Positions 1 through 8,390 of a stretch of 53,813 nt of DNA are shown here, in pieces. Position 1 is the stretch's first letter; each line of letters begins with the position of its first letter. The notes beneath the pieces are model-generated. The model was not told the DNA's origin and made no database searches. It worked only from the letters and a program-made list of their open reading frames with translations. This DNA is from a virus (taxonomy: Duplodnaviria > Caudoviricetes): positions 1-53,813 of the IMG/VR virus record IMGVR_UViG_3300020109_000024; one strand, 5' to 3'. A program made the translations under genes and the position numbers.

Positions 1-1
1 T

Positions 2-127
2 CTCGATTCCATCGGAAAGACGGACCTCGCCACGCTGACCGGCGAGGAGTGGGCGACCCTGCTGCATCAGGTCATTGTCGGCTTCGAGGCGGGCCTGCGC
101 ACTCGCATTCTCAAGGGCATGGCACCG
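2..127. repeat. 126-bp terminal direct repeat (left copy); assembly overlap of a circular genome
   Basis: Identical to 53688-53813; base 1 (T) differs from 53687 (C). Confidence 0.95.
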
Positions 128-132
128 TTCTG

Positions 133-2529
133 ATGATCTCCGCCCCCGGCCCTTACGCGCAGATCGGCGCTCGCCTCGTCGAGCGCGGATATGCTGCGAT
201 CCCGATCATCCCCGGCACGAAGCGGCCGGGGCTGCCGCTCGGCAGCGGCTCATGGATCGGGATGGACGATTGGGCCGCGCGCGCCGCCGCGCGCCTCCCG
301 CTCGACATCGAGGTCGGGCAATGGTCGGCCTCCGACGGCGGGGTCTGCGTCGCCCTCGGCAACGCCTCGCGGGGCGTGGTCGCGGCCGACATCGACACCG
401 ACGTGCCCGAAATCCGCGACGCGATCCTGTCCGTGCTGCCGCCATCGATGACGGGCAAGGCCGGGCAGAAGGGCGAGACACTGTTCTATCGCGCCAGCCC
501 GAACTTCCCGTCGCGCGCCTTCAACCTGCCCGGTCCCGATGGTCGGCCGACGCGAGTGCTCGACATGCTCGGATCCGGCAAGCAGACGGTGCTCCCGCCG
601 ACGGTCCATCCCGAAACCGGCCAGCCCTATCGCTGGACGCGCCCGGAGAGCCTGGACGGGATCGATCCCGAGGATTTGCCCTGGATCGACGACGACATCG
701 GCGAGCGCATTGCCGAGGCGCTGAAGCCGTTCGGCTACGCGCCCGAGCCGGAGCGTCCGCCACGGCGCGAGGCGGCCGAGGGCGAGGAGACGCCGCACCG
801 CCGCGTCAACAATCTCGCCATGGCGGACCTGGGCGCGTGGGTGCCGGATCTCGGGCTCTACCGGCTTCGGCGGCGCGGCGGCGGCTATGTGGCCGTCCCG
901 ACGTGGCGCGCCTCGCATACCGGCCGGCCGCTGGAGAAGCGCGGGCTCAACCTGAAGATCCACCCGCAGGGCATCCGCGACTTCCATGACCTTGAGCGGC
1001 CCTACACCCCGCTCGACCTCGTGATGGCCGCCCGTGGCGACGAGTTGAACCAAGCCTTCGAGTGGCTGGCGGCGCGGGTCGGTTTCGGCGAGGGTGTCGA
1101 TCTCGACCTGCAGCCGCGCCAGATCGAGGAGCGCGACGGCGTCCTGTTCGACGCTGAGACCGGCGAGATTGTGGAAGAGCGCCCCCAGGCGCCGGAGGCC
1201 GCCGAGACGGCCGGCGACCCTCGCGACTTTCCCGTCGCGGACCTGCAGGTGCCCGGCCTCGTCGGGGAAATCGCCGACTGGATTGAGGCGACGAGCCCGA
1301 AGCCGATCCGCCTGTTCGCTGTGGCGGCGGCGCTGCTGACCGTCGGCACGCTCATCGGCCGGCGGGTCTATTGCGGCGTGCCGCGCTCCGGAGCGCATCT
1401 CTACGCGCTGACGATCGCCGGCACTGGCGCGGGCAAGGAGCGCCCGCAGGAGGCCATGCGCCAGATCCTCGACGCCGTGTCAGCGAGCCACCGCCTGCAT
1501 GCGGGCGCGTCCTCGTCGGCGGCCTCGCTCGCCATGCGGCTGGCGGAGCGCCCGGTGCAGGTGCAGATCATCGACGAGGTCGACAAGGTGCTGGCCCGCT
1601 CGGGCAGCCGGAACGCCAACGCGCAGGAACGCGAGCTGGTGCAGGACTACTGCACGCTGTGGGGGCGGGGGATGGGGACCTTCATCCCGAACTCGACCAC
1701 GACCCGCGGCGACATCCTCATCAACCGCCCGTGCCTGTCGTTCTTCGGCGCCACGAACTTCGTCTCGTTCTATGAGCACATGAAGGCGAAGCTTCTGGCC
1801 AACGGCTTCCTCAACCGCTTCCTCGTGCTGCCCCGATTCGAGCGGGTCCGGGCGCGGCGGCCCATGCTGCCGGAAGAGGTGATCCCAGGATCGATCGTCG
1901 CCGCGGCCAAGCGCCTCTTCGAGTTTCAGGACGCGCCGCCGCCGGGCGCGGATCCGCGGCGCCACATCGCGGCGACCGCAACCCTGCACGACCCGGTACG
2001 CACTCCGGAAATGCGGGTCATCGAAATGACCCCCGCGGCCCAGGTGATCTATGACGCCTGCCGCGAGCGGGACGAGCGGATGCTGGAGCGGGCGGACAAG
2101 GATCCGCTGTTCGAGGCGTGGGTGCGCGGCGCCGAGATGACGAAGCGGATCGCCCTGGTCGTAGCGTGCGGCCGGTATGTCGACAGCGACCTCGCGGGCG
2201 CGGTGGTCGACGAGGATGACATGAGGTTCGCGGCCCGGCTCGTCGATTGGTCGCTTGGGCTGTTCGTCACCGGGCTGCGCGAGAACATGGCCGAGAACGA
2301 CCATCAGGCGAATACCAAGCTCGTGCTCGGCCACCTGCGCAAGGCCAACCGCGTGATGACGCGGTCCGAGCTGTATCGGCGCGTCGATGCCCGGATGGAC
2401 GCTCGGCAGCTCGACGGCGTGATGAAGTATCTCGCGACCAGCGGGCAGGTCGAGGCGCTGGAGGAGAAGACGGCGGGGCGCCCCAAGACGTCCTATCGGC
2501 TCATGGCGGAGGATGAGGCGCCCGCCTGA
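133..2529 (+). CDS. Bifunctional DNA primase/polymerase with C-terminal DUF3987-like helicase-type region
   Basis: N-terminal Prim-Pol motifs (IPIIPGTKRP, ADIDTD, QTVLPPTVHPETG.PY.W); P-loop-like AGTGAGKE and IIDE; ATG 133 overlaps the upstream TGA (TGATG). Confidence 0.85.
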   Translation: MISAPGPYAQIGARLVERGYAAIPIIPGTKRPGLPLGSGSWIGMDDWAARAAARLPLDIEVGQWSASDGGVCVALGNASRGVVAADIDTDVPEIRDAILSVLPPSMTGKAGQKGETLFYRASPNFPSRAFNLPGPDGRPTRVLDMLGSGKQTVLPPTVHPETGQPYRWTRPESLDGIDPEDLPWIDDDIGERIAEALKPFGYAPEPERPPRREAAEGEETPHRRVNNLAMADLGAWVPDLGLYRLRRRGGGYVAVPTWRASHTGRPLEKRGLNLKIHPQGIRDFHDLERPYTPLDLVMAARGDELNQAFEWLAARVGFGEGVDLDLQPRQIEERDGVLFDAETGEIVEERPQAPEAAETAGDPRDFPVADLQVPGLVGEIADWIEATSPKPIRLFAVAAALLTVGTLIGRRVYCGVPRSGAHLYALTIAGTGAGKERPQEAMRQILDAVSASHRLHAGASSSAASLAMRLAERPVQVQIIDEVDKVLARSGSRNANAQERELVQDYCTLWGRGMGTFIPNSTTTRGDILINRPCLSFFGATNFVSFYEHMKAKLLANGFLNRFLVLPRFERVRARRPMLPEEVIPGSIVAAAKRLFEFQDAPPPGADPRRHIAATATLHDPVRTPEMRVIEMTPAAQVIYDACRERDERMLERADKDPLFEAWVRGAEMTKRIALVVACGRYVDSDLAGAVVDEDDMRFAARLVDWSLGLFVTGLRENMAENDHQANTKLVLGHLRKANRVMTRSELYRRVDARMDARQLDGVMKYLATSGQVEALEEKTAGRPKTSYRLMAEDEAPA

Positions 2530-2566
2530 TGGCGAGCGATGCCGCAGCCTTTCGTGGCCAACCTCG

Positions 2567-2592
2567 ACCCGCTGCAAGGCGGGTTTTCTTTT
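2567..2592 (+). terminator. Rho-independent terminator after primase
   Basis: ACCCGC-tgcaag-GCGGGT stem followed by TTTCTTTT. Confidence 0.7.
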
Positions 2593-2657
2593 GCCCTGCC
2601 TCGATTCAGAAGCGACCACCTGGTCCAACCGATAAATCGCTTGTCATCAGCATATTA

Positions 2658-2672
2658 GAACAAAGCACGAAC
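2658..2672 (+). promoter_or_regulatory. Alphaproteobacterial LexA (SOS) box upstream of MTase
   Basis: GAAC-AAAGCAC-GAAC, just downstream of a TTGTCA -35-like hexamer at 2641. Confidence 0.75.
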
Positions 2673-2734
2673 AGCGACGATTTGTCCACAGGTTCGCGGT
2701 TGCACAAGTTGCTGATTCAATTAATGTTTCGTCC

Positions 2735-3346
2735 ATGGATGCGACTTATCACCTGAATGGCGGCTTCAAGCCGACCATGAAGCGCTTCGCCGATTTGGAG
2801 GGGCCGGACTTCTTCCCAACCCCTGCTTGGGCGACTTATGCTTTGATCGACAATGAAAAATTTCAAGGCGACATGTGGGAGTGCGCCTGTGGGAACGGCG
2901 CTATGTCAAAAGTTCTCACACAGGTGAACCCAAAGGTTGCTAGCTCAGACCTCTACGATCGAGGGTTCGGCGAAGCCGGGCACGACTTCGTGGCCAGCAA
3001 CAGGCGCTTCGACAACATCATTACAAATCCGCCCTATAATAGCGCCGAAGGCTTCGTTCACAGTGGAATAAGAAACTCAAATAGAAAATTTGCTCTACTG
3101 CTTAGGCTGGCTTTCCTCGAAGGCGCAAACCGACAAAGGACGATTTTCACTAAAAATCCACCTAGCAGGCTTTGGATATTCAGTGAGAGGATTACGTTCT
3201 ATCCTCATGGCGCTGTTCAAAAAGGAACTGGCACCACCGCCTATGCCTGGTTTGTATGGGATAAGGATGCCCCTGGCTCAACCGAGTTGAAGTGGCTCAA
3301 GCCAGGGTACAAAGCTAAGTTCTCAAACAAGTCTCTTGTTCTTTAA
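2735..3346 (+). CDS. Small amino-(N6A/N4C) DNA methyltransferase
   Basis: DFFPTP, ECACGNG (SAM-binding motif I), IITNPPY (motif IV); AT-richer than flanks. Confidence 0.8.
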   Translation: MDATYHLNGGFKPTMKRFADLEGPDFFPTPAWATYALIDNEKFQGDMWECACGNGAMSKVLTQVNPKVASSDLYDRGFGEAGHDFVASNRRFDNIITNPPYNSAEGFVHSGIRNSNRKFALLLRLAFLEGANRQRTIFTKNPPSRLWIFSERITFYPHGAVQKGTGTTAYAWFVWDKDAPGSTELKWLKPGYKAKFSNKSLVL

Positions 3347-3649
3347 GTGTAACCGGCCACGGTCGGTTATACGCCATGTGCCCTTGGCAAGTATCTCTGC
3401 GAGGCCTTCGCAGAATATATTGCCGGGGGTGTCCTTATGGGAAACTTGGTTCCTGACCTGCTGCTCCCATAATTCTTCATTCGCACGTGTCAAAGATTGC
3501 GCAAGATCATCATCCGACAGCTTGAGATGTTCGGTGATCTTGTGCTTGATAGTTGGAACATCTGATGTTCCATCAGGCTCATAATATAGAACTTGTAGGA
3601 CAGCCAAGCCAACTTCGGCCTCTGTCACGCGATTATGCTTCGAAGGCAC
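3323..3649 (-). CDS. Stand-alone winged-helix protein, Mrr N-terminal-like
   Basis: LSDDDLAQS...WEQQVRN...GTWRITDRGR pattern; GGAGG RBS before GTG 3649; converges on the MTase. Confidence 0.6.
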   Translation of the reverse strand: MPSKHNRVTEAEVGLAVLQVLYYEPDGTSDVPTIKHKITEHLKLSDDDLAQSLTRANEELWEQQVRNQVSHKDTPGNIFCEGLAEILAKGTWRITDRGRLHLKNKRLV

Positions 3650-3991
3650 ATTATCCTCCCGCTCTGGGAGTGGAATAATGACTTGCAATTTGCGAATGCG
3701 CTAGACCCGGTCATCCTAATCGAGCCCGCGTACACCTCAACATTTTTAGGTGAGGCAGCTGCAACATGCCGTTCTTTTGCCCCGGCTGCCGCAGGGCATT
3801 GGCTTTGTGCCCAGCGCTCAGGCAGGGGCAGAATGGGGTTCGTGATCGCGGGTACAATCTTTTCACGGACCAGCCTGGGGGTAGAGCATCCTATTGTAAA
3901 ATAAAAGAAAAAATACTTTTTACTTTATATACTAGCCTTCTCTCTCCCCTCCCTATCCAGACCCCTTCCATAGAGGGGGTTCTCTATAGGG

Positions 3992-4792
3992 GTGCGAAAT
4001 CGCCGGGTGAAAAGGTACTCGGGCTTGCCGCCAGCGCCGCGATATGATCGCCCCGCCACGTCGCCACCCGGTTCGGATCTCTCGCCACGGAGATCCACCC
4101 TGTCTCGCCCTGCTAAGTCCAAGAAGCGCCGTCTGCGCGAGCAGCGGCGTGCCCGCACCGAACGCCGAGCCCTGCACCCCTCGCCTATCGCGCCGACGAA
4201 GCCGGAACCCCGATCCGCGGCCGATCCCGTCTACGATCTGGAGCCGCGCCGGCTGAACTCGGACCTGCGCTGGTACATCGCCCGCACCCTCCCCCGCATG
4301 GGTGACCGGGCGATCCAGGCGCTCAAGGCCGCCGAGGTCGACATGTTTCAGCCCCGCACCTCCGAGGTCGTGGTGCGGCGTGGGCGACGCGTGGTCCGTC
4401 ACGCCCAGCTGCTGATGCGGACCGTGTTCATCGGCGTGCGGGATGCCCCGCATCTCGACGAAGCCCGCAACGCGGTCGGCGTGGCCGAGATCGTCAGCCG
4501 TCCGGAGCCAGACACCGGTCCGCCGGGCAACATCGCCGGCATGGTGATGCACCCTGTCCGCCTCGACCCGGAGGCGCTGCAGAGGTTCGTCGATGCGGTG
4601 GTGACCGGCGAAATCGTGGCGCCGCTGAGCGTCGCGGAGGGGTCGAGCGTCATCGTGCGAGCCGGCCCCTTCGCGAGCTTCCCCGGCACCGTGGACGCGA
4701 TCCTGCCCGGCGATCGGCTGAAGGTCGCCGTCAGCATCTTCGGCCGCACGACACCTGTAGAAGTGGGGCTTGCGGACGTGGCGATCGTGTAA
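3992..4792 (+). CDS. NusG-family transcription antiterminator (late activator); start uncertain
   Basis: NGN-like WYIART and KOW GSSVIVRAGPFASFPGTV...VSIFGRTTPVEV; located before the late genes. Confidence 0.85.
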   Translation: MRNRRVKRYSGLPPAPRYDRPATSPPGSDLSPRRSTLSRPAKSKKRRLREQRRARTERRALHPSPIAPTKPEPRSAADPVYDLEPRRLNSDLRWYIARTLPRMGDRAIQALKAAEVDMFQPRTSEVVVRRGRRVVRHAQLLMRTVFIGVRDAPHLDEARNAVGVAEIVSRPEPDTGPPGNIAGMVMHPVRLDPEALQRFVDAVVTGEIVAPLSVAEGSSVIVRAGPFASFPGTVDAILPGDRLKVAVSIFGRTTPVEVGLADVAIV

Positions 4793-4934
4793 TATGCGCG
4801 CGCACCTTTTCAGCCGCCGCTTGTCTCCCCTTCGGGGTTGCGTGTGCGAGCCGCGGCGGGGACGGACAGCCCTCTACCTGGGCGGATCCGCTTCCCTGCG
4901 ATGGAGGCTTGTGCCTCGGCGGCAGGGTGCATGA

Positions 4935-5011
<77 letters not shown>

Positions 5012-5031
5012 TTTCACCATGAGGTCGATCG

Positions 5032-5358
5032 ATGGGCCTGCCTGACATCTTCGGCTTCAAGCGTCGCGCAGAGGAGCGGCGGCGCCGCGAGGAACAGGAG
5101 TGCCGCCTGCGTCGCGCTCGCCTCCTCGGCACCTCTGGCTCGCCTCGGTCGGCCTCGTCCCGGTCGGCATGGGACGACAGCCCGATGAACCCGGCGTCGC
5201 CCTCGGGCATGGTGCTGAGCCCTCTCAGTCCGATCTCGCCCAGCAATGGCGGGTCGGACTACTCGTCCTTCGAGAGCTGCACCCCCTTGTCGTCCTACTC
5301 GGACAGCGGGTCGTCCTGCTCCGGTGGGGACAGCGGCGGCGGGGGCGGTGGGGACTGA
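5032..5358 (+). CDS. Hypothetical protein with Ser/Gly/Asp-rich C-terminus
   Basis: GAGG RBS, 108-aa ORF between tRNA and terminase. Confidence 0.55.
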   Translation: MGLPDIFGFKRRAEERRRREEQECRLRRARLLGTSGSPRSASSRSAWDDSPMNPASPSGMVLSPLSPISPSNGGSDYSSFESCTPLSSYSDSGSSCSGGDSGGGGGGD

Positions 5359-5417
5359 CCCACCCTCGACCGTCAGGGCCCCTGGAGGCCCCGAACCTAT
5401 ACGGGTGGTCGGGGCCC

Positions 5418-5482
5418 CGTTCATTTCTAGCGCCAGGGTCCGAAAACCCGTGAACGGTGAACGGTGAACGCAGGGGTGAACG
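5418..5482. repeat. GTGAACG repeats in the putative cos/packaging region
   Basis: GTGAACG at 5450, 5457, 5464 and 5476; inverted CGTTCA at 5418. Confidence 0.7.
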
Positions 5483-6119
5483 CTTGCCGACGGTGATGAG
5501 CCAAGCCGAGTTCGCCCGGCACCGCGGCGTGTCGAAGGCGATCGTCACGAAGTGGAAGGGGCAGGGCCTCCTCTCGCTGACCGATGCCGGCAAGGTCGAC
5601 GTCGACGCCACCGAATGGAACCTCGACCAGCGACCGGCGAGCTACCGCGGCGGCACCACGCATCGACCGGTGCGGGCCATTCCGCGCGACGATGAGCCGG
5701 TTGGGAAGCCTGCCCGCCCCGCCGCCGCGCCGCGCCCGGCTCCGCCTGCGCCGCAACCGGTGAACGATGAGGCCGGGTCCGATCCGGTCGAGATCGATTG
5801 GGACGACCCGAACCTGCCGCCGAACCTCGCGCTCCAGCGCAAGGAGAACTACCTCGGCCTGCTGCGGAAACAGGATCACGGGGTGAAGCAGAAGGCCCTC
5901 GTCGATCGGCCCGCTGCGGAAGCCGCATTCTTCGAGGAGGCCCGAGCCATCCGCGACGCGCTGATCGCTTGGCCGGCCCGCGTGTCGATCGAGATGGCCG
6001 ATGAACTCAAGATCGATGCTCGCGAGCTGACCCAGGTCTTAGCCGCCTATGTCAACCAGCTCCTCACCGAACTCGGTGAGCCCTCCGACCTCGACCTATC
6101 TCGACACAGCCAGCCTTAG
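5457..6119 (+). CDS. Terminase small subunit (Nu1-like); real start may be ATG 5496
   Basis: N-terminal wHTH MSQAEFARHRGVSKAIVTKWK; directly upstream of the large subunit. Confidence 0.85.
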   Translation: MNGERRGERLPTVMSQAEFARHRGVSKAIVTKWKGQGLLSLTDAGKVDVDATEWNLDQRPASYRGGTTHRPVRAIPRDDEPVGKPARPAAAPRPAPPAPQPVNDEAGSDPVEIDWDDPNLPPNLALQRKENYLGLLRKQDHGVKQKALVDRPAAEAAFFEEARAIRDALIAWPARVSIEMADELKIDARELTQVLAAYVNQLLTELGEPSDLDLSRHSQP

Positions 6120-8133
6120 GCGTTCGTGGCGTAAGGGTCTGACCCCACCGCCGAACCTCGACGTGGTGGATTGGGCCGAGAACTTCCGGAAGCTGAGCAA
6201 GGAAAGCTCGAACGGCGGCAAGTTCATCACCGCCAAGGTGGAGGTGGCGCGCGGGCCGATGCTCTGGGCGACGGAACCGGGCGTCAGCAAGATCACGCTG
6301 ATGGCCTGCACGCAGCTCCTGAAGACCACGGTCATCGAGAACATCCTCGGCCGGTTCATCCACCTCGATCCCTGCCCGATCCTGGCGGTGCTGCCGAAGG
6401 ACGACGCGGCCGAGACCTTCTCGAAGGACCGGCTCGCGCCGATGATCCGGGATTCGAAGAAGCTCCTCGAACTGTTCGGTGAGGCTAAGTCGCGGGATGC
6501 CGGCGCGACGCTGACGCACAAGCAGTTCCCCGGCGGGCACATCACGCTCGTCGGAGCGAACAGCCCGACCAACCTCGCCATGCGGCCGATCCGGCTCTTG
6601 GTGTGCGACGAGATCGACAAGTACCCGCTCTCGGCCGGCGGTGAGGGCCCGCCGATCGATCTCGCCGAGGAGCGGCAGGCCGAGTTCAAGGCCAACAGTC
6701 TGACCGTGCTCGCCTGCTCGCCGACCGTCGCGGGGCGCTCGGCGATCGAGACGAGCTACGAGGAGAGCGACCAGCGCAAGGCTTTCGTCTCCTGCCCGCA
6801 CTGCTCGGCCTGGCAGCCGATGGAGTGGGAGCAGGTCAAGTTCGACAAGGACGACGACGGCAAGATCATCGCCGCGAGCGCCCGGTACGAGTGCGTGGCC
6901 TGCGAGAAGCCGTGGAGCCCGGCACAGCGGCTCGTGGCGCTTCGCCGGATCGAGTGGCGGCAGACCAAGCCGTTCGCCTGCTGCGGAGAGAAGCAGGTGC
7001 CGGAGCAGTGGGCGCCGCTGGCGCACGGGGTGCGGCGGGCGCTGTGCCGGTGCTGCGGCGCCCAGGCGGTGTCGAACGAACACGCGGGCGGACAGGCGTC
7101 CAAGCTCTACGCGCCGAAGCAGACGATCAAGGAGACGGTCGCGAAGTTCGCGCGGGCGCTGCGACGGGGGCCGGAAGCGTTGCGGACCTTCTTCAACACG
7201 CAGCTCGCCCGCACGTGGAGGGAGGGCGTCGACGCCCCCGAGTGGAAGGACGTCTACGCCCGGCGCGACGACTACCTGTCCGGCACGGTTTCGCACGGCG
7301 CGCTGATCCTGTTCGCCGGTGTCGACGTGCAGAAGGATCGCCTCGAAGTCTCGGTCTGGGGCTTCGGGCGCAACCGCGAGCGCTGGCTGGTCGAGCACCG
7401 GGTGCTCACCGGCGACACCGCCCGGCCCGCCGTCTGGGCCGAACTGGTGACCATGTTCGACGAGACCTGGGAGCACGCCAGCGGCGTCGAGATGGCGGTG
7501 CGGGATTGGGGCATCGATTCGAGCGCCTTCACCGACGTGGTCTACAACTTCGTCCGGTCCCAGGCCGGCCGCGGCAACGTCCACGCCATCGACGGCCAGG
7601 ACAGCTACTCGAACATCTATCTCGGCGTCGGCAACAAGGACGCGAACCCGCGGGGCAGGAAGATCCGGCGCGGCCTGAAGACGGTCCGCATCGGCGTCTC
7701 GCTCGCCAAGCAGGAACTGATGAACTGCCTCGGCCTGCAGCGCCCCGCTGCCGGCGCGGCGTTCCCGGCCGGCTTCGTTCACCTCCCGCGGGACGTGTCC
7801 GAGGACGGCGTGCAGCAGCTCACCGCCGAGGAACTGGTGGTCAGCCTCAGCCGGGGAAAGACCCGGCGGGAATGGGTGCCGATCGGCGGGCGCCGCAACG
7901 AGTGGCTGGACTGCGCGAACTACGCCCGCGGCCTCGCCGCTTTCCGCGGGTGGGACCGGTGGCGCGAGACGCAGTGGCACGGCCTGGAAGACGCGCTCGG
8001 CATTGAGCGGAAGACGGCGCCACTGCCGCTAGAGACCCCGCCGCCGGCCGTGGTCGCGAACTCGCTGGCAGACCGCAACATGAAGCGCCGCACCCGGCGC
8101 AGCGTGGCCCGCAAAGGGCCGGCGAGGTGGTGA
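6049..8133 (+). CDS. Terminase large subunit (lambda GpA family)
   Basis: Degenerate Walker A (ACTQLLKT), Walker B LVCDEIDKY, nuclease GVDVQKDR, RNEWLDC. Confidence 0.95.
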   Translation: MSTSSSPNSVSPPTSTYLDTASLRRSWRKGLTPPPNLDVVDWAENFRKLSKESSNGGKFITAKVEVARGPMLWATEPGVSKITLMACTQLLKTTVIENILGRFIHLDPCPILAVLPKDDAAETFSKDRLAPMIRDSKKLLELFGEAKSRDAGATLTHKQFPGGHITLVGANSPTNLAMRPIRLLVCDEIDKYPLSAGGEGPPIDLAEERQAEFKANSLTVLACSPTVAGRSAIETSYEESDQRKAFVSCPHCSAWQPMEWEQVKFDKDDDGKIIAASARYECVACEKPWSPAQRLVALRRIEWRQTKPFACCGEKQVPEQWAPLAHGVRRALCRCCGAQAVSNEHAGGQASKLYAPKQTIKETVAKFARALRRGPEALRTFFNTQLARTWREGVDAPEWKDVYARRDDYLSGTVSHGALILFAGVDVQKDRLEVSVWGFGRNRERWLVEHRVLTGDTARPAVWAELVTMFDETWEHASGVEMAVRDWGIDSSAFTDVVYNFVRSQAGRGNVHAIDGQDSYSNIYLGVGNKDANPRGRKIRRGLKTVRIGVSLAKQELMNCLGLQRPAAGAAFPAGFVHLPRDVSEDGVQQLTAEELVVSLSRGKTRREWVPIGGRRNEWLDCANYARGLAAFRGWDRWRETQWHGLEDALGIERKTAPLPLETPPPAVVANSLADRNMKRRTRRSVARKGPARW

Positions 8134-8387
8134 TGGCCGACACGACCCCACAGGATCTTGCGAAGCTGCGCGTGCAACTCGCCAGCCTCGACCGCGCCAT
8201 GGCGAGCGGCGTCCTGACCGTCGAGCAGGCCGACAACGGCGGGCGCACGACCTATCGGAGCTATGTCGAGATGCAGCAAGCGCGTCGCGACCTCGTCGGC
8301 CGCATCAACGCCGCCGACGCGAAGCTGTCTGGCACGCAGCGGCGGCGCACGAACCGCATCTCCCTGATCGGCACCAGCGGGTTCTGA
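8133..8387 (+). CDS. Head-tail joining protein, gpW-like
   Basis: ASGVLTVE...TYRS motif; between terL and portal. Confidence 0.75.
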   Translation: MADTTPQDLAKLRVQLASLDRAMASGVLTVEQADNGGRTTYRSYVEMQQARRDLVGRINAADAKLSGTQRRRTNRISLIGTSGF

Positions 8388-8390
8388 TCG

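Noticed and set aside
2-127. Biological terminal repeat of the virion DNA
   Set aside because: Length is typical of an assembler k-mer overlap, it falls mid-gene, and a lambda-type terminase implies cos ends near terS
49-132. N-terminal extension of primase from GTG 49
   Set aside because: Overlaps the junction-spanning DUF6511-like gene; ATG 133 is translationally coupled to its stop
2735-3649. Complete restriction-modification system
   Set aside because: The partner protein is ~108 aa with no PD-(D/E)XK, HNH or GIY-YIG motif
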